A DNA stretch of 64,000 nucleotides from Podarcis cretensis (lineage: Eukaryota): NCBI GenBank assembly GCA_951804945.1, contig OX638157.1:33728001-33792000 (forward strand), written 5' to 3'. Made by a program: the position numbers and the translations under genes. The notes beneath the pieces were generated by a model. The model was not told where the DNA came from. It was given only the letters and a program-made list of their open reading frames with translations, and made no database searches. Positions 38,165-51,658 of the stretch are shown here, one piece after another (position 1 is the stretch's first letter; each line of letters opens with the position of its first letter).

Positions 38165-39333
38165 TCTGCAAAGTAATGCATGTTGGGGTGTAAAATCTTA
38201 ATTTCACATTTACATTCATGAGTTCTGAACTGTTGATGACAAACCAGGAATGAGACTTTGGAGTCATAGTAGATAACTTTGTGGAGAGGTCAACCCAGTG
38301 TGCAGCGGGTATGAAAGTGGCAAAATCTATGTTAGGGATCATTAGGAAAGGCATTGAAAATAAAATGGTACAGTTCTGGTCACCTCACCACAAAATGGAT
38401 ATTTAGAGTTGGAAAAGGTTACCATTAAAGGGCAACCCAAATGATCAAGGGGATGGAGCAACTCCCCTATGTGGAAAGGTTGCAGTGTTGTGAACTTTTT
38501 AGTTTAGAGAAACAGTGAAACGTTTATACAATTATGAATGGCTTGGAGAAAGTGGGTGAAGAAAAGTGGTTTTCCTTTTCTCATAACACTAGACCTCATG
38601 GACATCTGATGAAGCTGAAGGTTGGAAGATTCAAGAGAGAGATAAAAGAAAGTACATCTTCAGGCAGCACATAGTTAAACTATGGTACTCACCCCTGCAA
38701 GGGATGCGGATGGCACTGTGGGTTAAGCCACAGAGCCTAGGGCTTGCCGATCAGAAGGTCGGTGGTTTGAATCCCCGTGATAGGGTGAGCTCCTGTTGCT
38801 TGGTCCCTGCTCCTGCCAACCTAGCAGTTCGAAAGCATGCAGTGCAAGTAGATAAATAGGTACCACTCCGGCAGGGAGGTAAACGGCATTTCTGTGTGCT
38901 GTTCTGGTTCGCCAGAAGTGGCTTAGTCATGCTGGCCACATGACCCGGAAGCTGTAAGCCGGCTCCCTCGCCAGTAAAGCAAGATGAGTGCCGTAACCCC
39001 AGAGTCGTCTGCGACTGGACCTAAGGGTCAGGGGTCCCTTTACCTTTACCTTTTACTCACTCCTGCAGGAGGCAGTGGATGGCCACCAACTCTTTAGAAG
39101 TGGATTATACAAATGCACAGAGGATAAGGCTATCAATGGCTACTAGCCATGATGGTTGAGCGCTGCCTTCATGGGCAGTATTATTTTACTGCTATAAAAC
39201 AAAGGAGGGGCGAGTGCTCTTGTACTCCAAACCTGCTTGATGGTTTCCCACAGGCATCTGGTCAGCCACTGTGATAACATGATGCTGAACTAGATGAGCC
39301 ATTGCCCTGATCCAGCAAGCTCTTCTTATGTTC
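38165..39333 (+). mobile_element. Old CR1 LINE 3' portion (family distinct from the young CR1), split by a Sauria SINE
   Basis: CKVMHVG...STQCAAGMKVAKSMLGIIRKGIENK peptide and a 3' UTR ending CTCTTCTTATGTTCT. Confidence 0.85.
38701..39053 (+). mobile_element. Sauria SINE, full length
   Basis: Head, body and (ACCTTT)n tail. 14-bp TSD TACTCAC(C/T)CCTGCA at 38686-38699 and 39054-39067. Confidence 0.92.
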
Positions 39334-39977
39334 TCTGCCCTCCAATATTCTTTGATTGGGGTAAATGACTTGTTCATTGACAGAAAAACTCCAAGGTGTC
39401 AGAGAGTCTGTATGACATCCAGCAATGGCTGCATCCACTCAGGACAGTCATAACTAAGCAAATAAGCTGTGAGGTTTTCCCGCTGGAATTTTGAGTCTGG
39501 GTATAAAAGTGTGGGCATGGGGAGCTGTTCTTATTATAATTAGTTGGTGGGATATTAATGGACCTATTGACAAACTTTATGCTCACCTTTCTTTTATATA
39601 TTTTAAATGATTTTTTTTTTAAAAAAAAACTTGTTGACCTGTTAGTGCTGTAGTGATATTGTATTTTTTATTCCAGATTTTGTACTTACATCTGTTTTGC
39701 TTTTTCCCCCCTTTTTTGTAAATCACTGTGGGAAATGTGGTATATAAATAAACTTTGATCATAATTAAAGTAAAAAGATGTAGTCCAGAGTTACAGAATT
39801 TGGAGAGCTCCGACTGAGCAATTCACTTGGACAAGGTCTAGAGCCCAAATTAAGCCTTTTCTGTCTTTCTCAACACTAAATGTCTTTCTCAGGTTTCACC
39901 TCTTTACTGGAGAGTGTTGTATTTAGAAGGGTGTGTTTCTAGCCTGGAGATTTTGTGTCTTCTCAATTATCACCATA

Positions 39978-40219
39978 CAGTGGAACTGCGGATTATGTAC
40001 CATCTTCCTTATGAACACTTCAGGTAACGAGCTCCGTTAACCCGGAAGTAGATGCCCATAGTTGCGAACTTTGCCCCAAGATGTGAGCGGAGGTCACACA
40101 CTGGTGGCACGGTGGCAGTGGGAGGCCCCATTAGTGAAAGCGCGCCTCAAGTTAAGAACAGTTTCGGGTTAAGAACGGACCTCTGGAACGAATTAAGTTC
40201 ATAACCGGAGGTACCACTG
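39978..40219. mobile_element. Tc1/mariner (Tigger/pogo-like) MITE
   Basis: TA|CAGTGG...CCACTG|TA termini with TA TSD. Internal AACCCGGAAGTA is shared with 44340-44555. Confidence 0.8.
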
Positions 40220-43200
40220 TATTAGTTTTATGTCTACACTGGTGATACAGCAGTGGAATTTTGTTCCAGACTGAATGTCCACCTCTTTCTTGTAGCCACA
40301 AAATGTAAACCTTAGTACCATGGCCTGATTGTGTTCTTGAGCACACAGTTAGAAAAGTGGAGTTCCAACAAGTTATTTAGTTATGCTATTAAATTACCCT
40401 AGAATTTCAACAGGAAATGACAACTTTAACAATATGAACTGTCTGCCATCATCTCACTTCATTGCTATTTTTTGTCATAAAATAAATTAATTTTGTATTT
40501 CTTCTGTTCTCATTACCTTGGCTGTCAATGAGGAAGCTGTGAAAGTTCTAATAACACCTGATGTACTTTGATAATTATTGTTCTGTGCTCCACAACTTTT
40601 GACATTTTCAATTTTGCTCTTGATCTGCTGAATGGTTTTCTCTTTTCTATATGATTTTAAAGCATGTAAATATGAAATCAGCTCCTTGGCTTATATAAAA
40701 AGGGCCGTTTTCTCATTAGTCTCCTCCCAAGCAAAACTAGGGCATAAGAAAAAGGCAACAGAAAAATCAACATATTGGCTACAGCAAATGTTTTCACAAG
40801 CTTCATTGTTACTTGTTATCATACCAACTTTAATCATAAAATTAGGCTGATATCAAACACTACGGGTTGTATTCCACACTAGTCCTACTCAGGGTAGATC
40901 CATGAGAGTTAACGGACATGACTAACCTAGGTTCATTAGTTTCAGAGGGTCTTCTCTAAGTAAAAGTTATTTCAGTGCCATACTCCATTTGTATCATGTT
41001 CAGTACAGAAATCAAATATTATGTTTACACACATGTACAATTCTGTACCTGCATCTTTAAAATAGCCAGTGGCAGATGTAAATGTATGATCTTGTTGAGA
41101 TTCCTTCAAGTATTATAAATGAACTCATAGTTAATAAAGTGCACATGTGTTCCTCCCTGAGTACAGACTTTAGAGTGTTAAGTAGAGCTGTACAAATCAT
41201 AGCATGCTGAGGTTGGGTGCCTTCAAAGAATTTTTGGATTCTACAAGGTAGGCATGAGTCAAGGCAGAAAGCCCTTGAAGTGCTGTGTCTCCCTCAGGAA
41301 TCCAGACACTAAATAAAAAGATGAAATCAAGTGTCCTCAAAAAATTAATGTCAGGATGTGAGAAGATGAAGTAGCTTTGTAAAATCAAAATTTACATCCC
41401 ATCCCTAGGAAAATGTCAGGAGTTAGGGGAAACTCCTTCATGACTGACAGGTCTGCTTTGCAATCAAAGGGGATTATTTTATCAGTGCACTCCAATCCCA
41501 ATGCTTTGGAGGAGGAAGCAGCATGGTGGGAGAGCTGTGCTGTGATTGACAGGCCATGTCTGCGAGTGCATAGCACAAAATGCTCTGGACCTATTATTCT
41601 GCAATTTGGCAGGCAATTTGGCAGGCAATTCTTACCCAATAACACCCCTGTCATGTCTGCAGTTTTCAGATCAATTGGTCATGCAACACCAACGAAAGAT
41701 AAATAATTTTTTTTAAACTATCCTAAAATGTAAAATTTCTTCTGAAATTTTGCCAGGATTCTTTCCCCAAAAAAGAATAGACTTGCCTGCAAATTTCTTC
41801 CATTTTGTCTCAAACAGTTTAAAAATTGTAAGTATTGATTTTATAAACTACATATGAAAATTTAGATGTATCAAACACAAAAAAAACCGTGAGGCTGCTG
41901 CCTGCAATCCAGCAGGCTTTATCTATTCTGGAGGAGCTACAGTTCCCCCACCAAAAAAAAAAATCTTCTTCTGCCCAAAGTGTGGGTTATATAATTTTTT
42001 TTAATAAAAAAAGAATATTAACAGTGAAATTGAAGGCGGGAAGCAACAGGGACTTGGACTGATGAGTTGAATTGGGCAACCTATGAAGCATCTCAGATCG
42101 AGACAGTCTGTTTTACAATACACTGAATCCAGATCTAAACAAAATCTGCTCATCAGTGCAACTCCTAGTGTTAAGCTTCTCTTCTGTCACAATTGAAGAG
42201 TTATTATATTACACTGACTTTTTAAAATGAAAACCCACATACTTTATTTTATGCTGAACCAATATTGCATTTTTCATTTCTAAATACTTAAGGTAAATTA
42301 AAAAACCTTCATGAATCAATGAGACGAAGCAACAGTAACTTGTGAAGGGCTAATGTCATAATTTGCCTTCGTCTAGTAGAGTATGGATGCACTGTATGGC
42401 ACCAGAAAGATAAATTCCCAGATTGTCCCAGATTGCCGGTACAAATCAGCAGACAGTGTGTCTGCTCCTTTGTAAACAGTATAAATTCCCTGTTCCTTAG
42501 TGAATCATTAGGTCATGGAGTACATATCCACAAGGTTGTATGAGTAACATGATTGCCTATCTGGAGCACTCAATAAGTTGTTTTTTTTTTTTTTAGTCTT
42601 GTTTTTATTTTTTATAAAAAAACAAATCAATTATCTTTATTTTAAAGCCCTATTGTATCTGAGACAGCCATTACTGTAACTTTTCAACTGCCAAGGCACA
42701 TCAAATATATCATTTAAAATTCTAATGGCTGCCAAATACCTTGGCAGAGATCCAGAATCTCTCGACATACTTAACTATTTTACAGGAGCCAGGGGGATGG
42801 GGAATGGTTAAAATAAACCTATTAAAAACACAGTTTGCTTTCAAAAAATGTTGAGCCTATTCCCCCCCCCCACACTTTTTGTTATCACAGCTCAGTTTTT
42901 TTTATTGATGTGGTGGTTTTTCTTACATGGATTACAATGGTTTTTTGGCTGCCATTTCAAAATTCCAAATGCAGCCTTATACACTATGATATACAGGAGA
43001 AGTAGCTTTTTTCATACTTCAACTTAGGATGGGCAGAATTCACACTAAGAATCCCCCTCTCCTTGTGCTGCTGTCTCGATGAAAATCACTTCCCCACACC
43101 CATAATTTATTTTAAATCCCTGATATGCAACCTAGTGATGCATTTAGCATCCCATCTAGCATGACCCTTGTTTTCAAATGTTGCAAGTATCTCTGCTTTC

Positions 43201-43701
43201 CCATAATTATCATATCACATGAGGATGTTGGCACAGACTTACTTCACTAACTTGATAAGCATCTAGTAGGACTCTTTGCAAACATCCTGGAATAGCATCT
43301 GTCAGTTCAGTGGCAGCTCAGATCATGTTCTGGCATGCAGCAAGCTGGGCCTTTAGTAATTTTATGTGCAGTCAAGAACAATTAGGTGCAACTGTGAGAT
43401 TTGCCAGTGCCTTCAATTCAACTGGTAAATAAAAGAGCTATTTGAAAGACAGTTCTCAATAGAAAATTCTTTCTTAAATTTGGTTAAGTGGCCATTATAA
43501 TAGCCAACCCAAGTAAATATTTTCTTTTTGTAAATTTTTCTAGCAAGGGTTAACAGCATCAGGGGACATGGTGAACTTTATACGCCCCATAATAGGCTGA
43601 AAAAAATTGATATATAGGTAGAAATCAACCAAGTATGAAAAGTGTGTAAGAAAGAAAAATGAAACATAGGAGGTTGAGCCACAGCCCCATGTTTACCACC
43701 T

Positions 43702-44037
43702 GGGACGCAGGTGGCGCTGTGGGTTAAACCACAGAGCCTTGGACTTGCCGATCAGAAGGTCGGCGGTTCGAATCCCCATTACGGGGTGAGCTCCCGTTGC
43801 TCGGTCCCAGCTCCTGCCAACCTAGCAGTTCGAAAGCACAAAGTGCAAGTAGATAAATAGGAAAGGTAAATGGCGTTTCCGTGCGCTGCTCTGGTTCACC
43901 AGAAGCGGCTTAGTCATGCTGGCCACATGACCCAGAAGATGTACGCCAGCTCCCTCGGCGAATAAAGAGAGATGAGCGTCGCAACCCCAGAGTCGGGCAT
44001 GACTGGACCTAACGGTCAGGGGACCCTTTATCTTTTT
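43702..44037 (+). mobile_element. Sauria SINE with a small internal deletion
   Basis: GGGACGCAGGTGGCGCTGTGGG head, GGTTCGAATCC B box and standard body. No direct TSD. Confidence 0.9.
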
Positions 44038-44339
44038 AACATGGGGCAGTCTTGTTCACTGGTGGCACTAGTGTTGTGGAGCGCTTTCTTTGCTTGCATC
44101 TGTTTAGATGAGCATTCTCCTCATCTTTTGTTTTTATTTTTTTAACCGCTGCTTTAATTGCTGGGCTGTTTTAATGGCCTTGTTTATTGCATATTTTAAT
44201 TATGTGTGTTTATTCCAATGTTTTGATGGAACTGTTTTATAGTGTATTTGAATTATGTGCAGCCCTTATTTTAAAGTGGTTTTATACTTGCAAACCACCT
44301 ACTAGCAATTTTGGCAAGTAAGCAGCATATAAATTAATA

Positions 44340-44555
44340 CAGTAGAACCTCTACTTACAACCACCTCCACTTGCGGATGTTCCAAGTTGCGACCACAGCA
44401 AACCCGGAAGTAAACAGCGGGTTTGCCGCCGTTCACGCACGTGCAGGAGTGGCAATTGCCTGCACCTGCGCACAACGGCACCTCTCCCAGTGACACATTT
44501 CGCCATAAGGACGGGCCTCCGGAACGGATTGTGGTCGTGAGTAGAGGTTCCACTG
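44340..44555. mobile_element. Tc1/mariner (Tigger/pogo-like) MITE
   Basis: 25-bp TIRs CAGTAGAACCTCTACTTACAACCAC / GTGGTCGTGAGTAGAGGTTCCACTG (3 mismatches) with TA TSD. Confidence 0.88.
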
Positions 44556-44952
44556 TAAATACTTTTCCTGCAGCACTTTCCTGCAGAGTTGATTTTTCTG
44601 AAAAAAAAAAACCCCAGGTTTTTTTATCTCTCACATTACCCTTTTCCAGACTTTTTGCCAAATAGACTTGACTATCTTACCTGGTACCGCCACCCCAACA
44701 TACACCCGCACAGTGATCTGGAATGATGCTTGATTATAAAGGATGCAAAATGGTGGCTCTTCTGCTAACATAGTTACAACTTCTGAACCATCTTCAAGGG
44801 AAGTCCCACTGAGAGGTTACCATGGCATGGATCATGGTTGCCAATTCCTTCTCCAGGAAGTTCTATAGTTTGCGAAACAGCTGGTGCTGGAAATAGGCAT
44901 GCCTTGCCAATGGGACCACTTGGACGTCAAGTGATGGAGACAGATCAATGAG

Positions 44953-45178
44953 TATCCCAAAGTGTTGATATCCTCTTTACCCTCTATGACTTGGAGGCAA
45001 AAGTCTGAAGTGGGGAGCCTCCTCTACTAATGGAGTTTCCCTATGTAATTTATAACCCTGGAAATCGGGGGTTCTAAATCATGCCAGGCAGGGAACATCT
45101 ACAAATAGAGGAGGCTTCCTGCTTCATATTTCCTGCTCCAACTCATGGAGACAGATAAGTATAATGATACTGGGGTGT
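44953..45178. repeat. Imperfect palindrome of about 230 bp
   Basis: Arms CTCTATGACTTGGAGGC...GAAGTGGGGAGCCTCCTCTA...ATTTATAACCC and GGGTTCTAAAT...TAGAGGAGGCTTCCTGCTTC...GCTCCAACTCATGGAG, centred at about 45062. Confidence 0.8.
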
Positions 45179-46936
45179 AGCCTTTACTCATGAGCAGCAC
45201 ACCCCCAACAAGATTTATGTTAAAATGAAGGAACTGGATTAGCATCCCAAAATTTGCTTTGTTGGTAACTCTGACATTTTTGGACAGGTTTAAAGTAATA
45301 AAAGGTGCACTTTATGCTTGTCTAAACAAATCCAATCCAAATAACTCAAGTGATAAACTTAAAACATCCATTTGGGGGTGTGGGGAAGAGCAATGTTCAT
45401 CTTTTAAACTTAGCTACAGGCCTGTGTACAAATGCAATACAACCAAAACCAAAAGACTTATGTTTCTTCCTAAATGTCATTGACACCATGCTGAATTTCA
45501 CAAAGCACACCACTTCTCTTATTATTAATCTTGCATAAGCTACACATTTGAAAATCTTCCTTTCTTTAATTGTTTCTTGGAGCACTAGTGCCAACTAATG
45601 CTGTATTAACTTAATGCTCTTTGCTGTTCATGGGGGTGGGGTAATCTGTAGGCCACAATCTGTTTGTTTTATTCCATAGTGTATATTTTGCTTCAGGTGA
45701 AATCAGCAGATGGTTATTTCAAACATTCCTATTTGATTTACTGTATTTGGTAGTAATTAACTTTGCACTCTTTGGCAAATGTCACAAAGAAAAGGACATC
45801 TTAGCAACATTTTCTGTGAAGGTTTGCAAAAAAAAGTACTTTTGTGTAGCTCCGTTTTGGTTCTGAATAGTTGTAGATGAAGATTTCTCTTTCTGGGCTA
45901 ATTCATTGTCACAAAGATGTTACTCTCTATGTAAGAAACAGTTAAAACATAACTAGGAAGAAGCAGAAACAGGTGGGGAAAAGAAGGACAATAGGTTGAC
46001 TTGTGGGGTTTTCTTTTGTTTCTTTTGTTTCCTCACCCTGAGCACAAGTTATTGTGTGTGTATCTGTTGGTTGAAGGTGGGGAACCTGATTCCCTGGGGC
46101 CAAATGCCGTTCTCCAACCCCTTTCTAACTGGCCACAACCACTTTCCCCATGCCATCCCCTCACTAGCCTTGTTTCATATCCTTCTGTCATATTTTTGGT
46201 CACGCTAGAATGTGTCATTAAACTCCAATGAAGTTGCTTTCTTCAGTGGAGGATAAAGAGGGTTGGTGTAGAAATGAGCCTACGGTATGCAAAAGTAATA
46301 TTTGCATTAGTTGCTTCACCCACCCCACCCACCACTGTGGGATATTTCCCCCTGATGGTTCCCCAAATTGTAATCCAGCTGTCAATCTGAAAAAGGTTCC
46401 CTTCCCCTGCTCTGGAACTTTCTTCTATTGGTCTTTACCCAAAGACAAATAGGCATTGTAGAATGATGCTCAGAACACCAATTAGATTAGTCCCTATTAA
46501 TGCTCTGCTCAGTAAATACCAGCGTCATTCATTTTTAGTGCTGTTGACTTCCAGAGGTGCTGCCTTCTACAGTAACTGTTACCACAGTTTCTGCTAGCAG
46601 CCGAGACCCCTTATGCTGTGACCTTCACAGGGGTCTGAGGCCTAATCTATCCCAATACAGTTTTTCTTCATGTTTCATTTCATGCTGGGGTATCTAATCA
46701 CAATCCAAAACTTGTTATAATTCATAACTCTAAACACATAATATTTTTACATTAAAATAGTGCTAAAATGCACTCCCCTCACCACAGGGTCATTACCTCC
46801 TAGTGGTGCAGCAATAAAACCTGCTAGCAGCTTTGTACAGCAAAGCAGGGTCTGGTGTGGTTTGAAATTGTATGGGGGAGGTTGAAATTGTATGTATGTT
46901 GAGATGTGTTCCTGCATTGCAGGGGTTAGACTAGAT

Positions 46937-47100
46937 CATGGGTAGGCAAACTAAGGCCCGGGGGCCAGATCCAACCCAATCGCTTTCTAAATCTGGCCAA
47001 TGGATGGTCCGGGAATCAGCTTGTTTTTACATGAGTAGAATGTGTGCTTTTATTTAAAATGCATCTCTGGGTTATTTGTGGGGCATAGGAATTTGTTCAC

Positions 47101-47144
<44 letters not shown>

Positions 47145-47209
47145 AGGCCCCCCACAAGTTCTGAGGGACAGTGTACCGCCCCCCTGTTGAAAAAGTTGGC
47201 TGACCTCTG
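46937..47209 (+). mobile_element. hAT-Charlie-type MITE with internal (AT)n, inserted in a CR1 3' tip
   Basis: Collinear with 28320-28574. Perfect 8-bp TSD GACTAGAT at 46929-46936 and 47210-47217. The flanks rejoin to give the CR1 end GCAGGGGTT.GACTAGATGA...CCTTCCAACTCTA. Confidence 0.9.
47103..47141. repeat. (AT)n microsatellite
   Basis: Directly visible. Confidence 0.95.
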
Positions 47210-48849
47210 GACTAGATGATGCCTGGGGTACCTTCCAACTCTACAATTTAATGATCATAGGATTCAAAACTGTGCTTCCCCCACCTGCAATTTGGTGTGA
47301 TACATCCCAGCATACCACCTCTAAGAGTTCGTTCTGCTGCATGTATCGATCAGGTCACAGACTGTGCCATATGTGGGCAGCAGCTCACCATGCAAACTAC
47401 AAGATATTACTACTACAAATGTGTATTTTTACAACTAGGATGACTATTCCTAAGTTTGCATCAAATGCCTCATTAAAAACAGCTTTACATTCAGTTGCAT
47501 TTGGTTGTGCTGCAGTGAGATGGAAGAAAACACCCCTTTCTCTTGTTTGGAACTGGCACTGCTAATGTTTGGTTTTGTACCTTCTTAATGCTTATTTGAC
47601 ATGTACGCATATTTTTTAATGAGCAGATAGTGACAAACATTACATAAATATCCAGCAATTTCCTCCATAAAGAAAACTGAATACCTGACTGCATTGAATA
47701 TTTCTAAACTCTACTTGATATTCTTACTGAGGTTTTTTCTGTCCTTGCTCAGATGATTCAGAGACTGTAATATGCATATCCTCTCCAGAAAGATGTGCTC
47801 ACTGAATCCGAGCTGCCATTCATTTGCATCTTCTCCCCGTTTTTCCTACATTTTTTCCCATTCCAAAGCTCCAGGCATGATCATGTTTGTGGTAGAAACC
47901 TGGTCTCAGTTGGAGAACTGGAAACGGCAATTAAAGCAACAAATATCCACCATCACAATCCGTGATCAGCTGGAAACACAACATGCAAAAGGCTCTGCCC
48001 TAGGGCAGTAGCACTGTTTTCATAATGCAAATCTGGCAGAGATGGGTAAGAAAATCTGATCCAGATTGCCAGTGATGTTTCAGAGATTTAAATAAAAGTA
48101 ACACCATGCTTAGCACTGGAACATGTTTGTGTTAAGAAGAAGAAAAAAACAAAGGAAACAATTACCTTTTAGCAATCTTTTAGCATTTTTAAGTCAGTAT
48201 AAAAATTACCCATGGCATTATTATTTTTTCTTCATCTGCCTTTATAATGACCGACAATAGTGAATTTTCAATAAGGGTGTTTCAAATGATTCTTAAAAAA
48301 TAATAATGTGACTGTTGCGCTGGACAAGTTCAGAAAATCTGCAAGGGGAAAAAACAAATGCAGCACATCCCATATCATAGTATTTCCACATGTTAGATCC
48401 GCAGTTTAGCAATCCAAACTATAGGAATACAGCTGTAGTAAATTATGGCAATGTAATGTACCACTATTCCAAACTCGGTTCAGGAGGGGGGTTACTACCA
48501 CATAAGCAAGCCCAAGCCTAGCAGAGAAAGAAGAAGCATTTAAAATAGAGTTTGATTTGCACCAGCCTTTTTTCTAGTGTAGTGTCCAGTGGGTCATGTG
48601 TGACTGAGCAGAATAGAGTTTGGAAAAGGGATAGGTTCCCCTCTCTTCCAACTCCAGAACACCCTTTCTGCAGGACATATACCAGCCTCATCTTGGTTGG
48701 CTCTGGCTGAGCTGCAAAGGAGGACTTACACCACAGTATCTATTCTCTCTCTCTTTTTCTCTCTCTCCTGGAACCCAGGGTTGGTCAATAAAGCCGAATG
48801 GTTGAAGATTTAGCACACATAAAATGAAGTCCTTCTTCACTCAGTGCAT

Positions 48850-49882
48850 ATTTAAACCGTGGAGTTCACTTCCTCACTATGTGGTGACAGTCCCAAAATT
48901 GAAGGAAAATTAGGCAAGTTCATGGACAAGAATGCTACCAGTGGCTACTCATCTTAACTGCTGTATACTACCTCCTGGATCAGAGGCACGTTTTTGTTTT
49001 TGTTGGCATCTGTCTATTTCAAGAGACAATGGAGTGCCCCTCTAGGGATGAAGTCAAACTGCTGTGTTGGCAGCACCAAAATGACATCCCCAGGACGCAA
49101 GCCTTGGCAGTGTGTATGGAGGTCCTGGGCTGCCCAGATAACAAGACGTTCCTCTTGGCTTCATTGATGTAGACCAAATGAAAGCAGAGCAATACATTAA
49201 ACACCAGCTGGGCTCCAGGAATGGCTGAAAGGAGACGTGCAAGGCACCATCCAACCATCTTAGGGACTCTTTTCTGGATTTTTTGTAGGATTTACTCATT
49301 AGCTTTTTCTTCCCCCAAAGACATCCCACAGGGCAGTGGAAGTTTAGGGTCAAAATTATCCTTCTCCTAGATGAGCTAGCTTTCCAGGTTTACAAGCCCT
49401 ACCTGCTCCTCACTTCCCTCTAGAGCACATGCAGAAACCGCCTTCTTGACTATTGGACCCAGTACTGGTCTTGTCCGCTTAATTTGCCTATCTTCGCATG
49501 CAGGGGGAGTACCTAACTCACTCATTACCCTCACCTAATATACTCACCTGTGACCCTCACCTAATTTAGCCAGCCAATCAAAGCCACTGTCACAAGTGAG
49601 AGCTGAGTGCAGGGTGGAGGACCAAAGGTGGACAGACTATCCCAGAAGTAGCATGACGTGTCCCATCAGAGGTACTACCCCTCCCCTAATACATCTGACA
49701 TCCCATTAGAGGTACCATTCCACTGAATATCAGTTACTGGAGAACAGCAGCAAGATAGAGATGCTATCCTCATGCCCTGCTTATGAACATCTCACATGTC
49801 ATCTGGTTGGCTACTAGGGAAACAGGAATTTGGCCTACAAAAGTCTCTAATATGATCCAGCAGTGCTATTGTTTATGTTCTT
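48850..49882 (+). mobile_element. Old CR1 3' end/UTR split by an RTE-derived insert
   Basis: 48850-48989 and 49705-49882 are collinear with the old CR1 3' UTR seen at 17680 and 39070, ending TTATGTTCTTA. Confidence 0.6.
48990..49704 (-). mobile_element. ORF-less RTE-derived non-autonomous retroelement
   Basis: The CAA-rich tail and 3' tip (TTGGCATCTGTCT...GAGACAATGGA) match the RTE 3' end at about 55390. The rest is non-coding and resembles an RTE 5' UTR (CCTTCTCCTAGATG.GCTA). Degenerate TSD ATCAGAGGCAC / ATTAGAGGTAC. Confidence 0.55.
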
Positions 49883-51613
49883 AGGATTGGTGCTGTTAAC
49901 CCTGTAAATAAATGCCTATTCAATAGGAAGAGAGGACTAAAGGCATAACAATATTATCTTACACATTAAGACTTGCTACCAATGAAACATGTATAGGATT
50001 TTAGTGTTGAGTAATGATCTAGCCAGGTTAAGCACTTTTAAGGTCCATTCAATTCGCTGCAATGTGAGAAGTGTATGCATATGCCTAATCTTCCCCCATT
50101 AAATTCAATGAGATGTAAAAATTCTGAATTTGAGCTCAATTGTGCCTCAAACAGTTCATTCCCTTTACAATAAATTATTCATGGGTAGAAGAATGAAACT
50201 GTGTCTTTTGTGAGATTTATTTTTATCTTTAGCAAACAAACCTTCAATTAATTCTTCGTCTTCAAGGCTGTGAAGGCTTGACAATGGCATTAGGGGATTA
50301 TTTTTTATTAACCTCCATTAATTTGGTATTCCATAAACTTTTGAGAACATGGGAATGCTAAAAAGGAAGCACAAAATCAGAGTTCAAACTGCACTAGGGG
50401 AAAGTGAGGGCCATATGCCTCTCTCACACTTTTTGCATGCCTGGAAAAGCAGCCAGTCATTCTCAGTGGCAAAACAAGATGGAAATCCTGGAACTCACAG
50501 AGCAGTTCTCTAACCATCCCAGCAGTAGACATGAGTCAGGCATATTAGAGAATATAATAGGGTCTTCCTATCCCAAGACCCAGTCATGGATGTCTGTAGC
50601 ACAAAGGCTTCAGGAGGAGCTCTAGCCTAGCTTACATGCACAGGGTCCCAGCTTTAAACCTAGGGTATAAATGCCCACTAGACATGGTGCTGGGCTGAGC
50701 CAATCAAGAGGAGCACCACATAGACAAATAGCCTGGTTCCTTTGTGGGCTAACTAACCCTTTTGGACCACCTTTCTCTTGGCAACTCTTGTAATCAATCA
50801 TTCCTGCTATTTGGCCTAATAAACATGTTAAAGATATAAAGTATATAAAGATATAATATCCATAAAATGATATGGTTCGAGTGCATTGCATTTAAAATGC
50901 TATGAAGAAATGTTCTTATTAGGAAGGAGGTTTCAATCTGGCAAAAGCATCAAGGAAAGGTTGGGCATTTTTCCTTTTCAGTCTTTAGGCTAATTGATGA
51001 CTCATCACCAGAAACCCGAGCTGCAGCTCTCTCACAGCAGGAAGGTGAAATCTGAGAATTCGGTCTCTTTGCCATGGATGGAGCCAGCAGCAACAGTAGT
51101 AGTAGCAAGTAAGCTCAATGATGATTATACAAGCGAGTTGCTTAGGATCTCTCTTTGGGACCAGAGAAAGGAAAGCATATTGAACTGCATTAAGGAATAA
51201 AAAAGAAGATGGGGCTACATCTTGTAATGTTTATTTGTAACAGATTTAACACTCTAAAGCTTTGTGGTGGAGAACATTAATTTCTACTCTGCACAAGGTC
51301 CTAATCACGGATTCCATTGCAACGACTCTAACATGCCAGGGAGCATCACAAAAGTACTCATTGCCACTTCCTCATCATTCCTTCCCCCCAACAGTCTTGC
51401 CCTCAGGGAAACTGAAGCCAAATTAAATCGGGGGGGGGGGGAGAGAGAGAGAGCATCTCTATCTACAACTCCATGTAACCATGATCAGCATTTTGAGATG
51501 GAGTGGCTCCTGAAAATGTTACATGCATGGAGTTGTAAACTGCACACCCCACCAGGGCTCCTTTGGCTTGGACAGTTGTTCTATAGGCAGCAGGGTAGCA
51601 TCTGTTGCATGTC

Positions 51614-51658
<45 letters not shown>

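Noticed and set aside
41601-41630. Short tandem duplications (GCAATTTGGCAG here, GCATATCTAAAGTTG at about 11708-11737)
   Set aside because: Ordinary slippage duplications with no further structure.
44676-44684. CTTACCTGG resembling the U1 snRNA 5' end or a minus-strand donor
   Set aside because: No further U1 similarity and no convincing partner acceptor.
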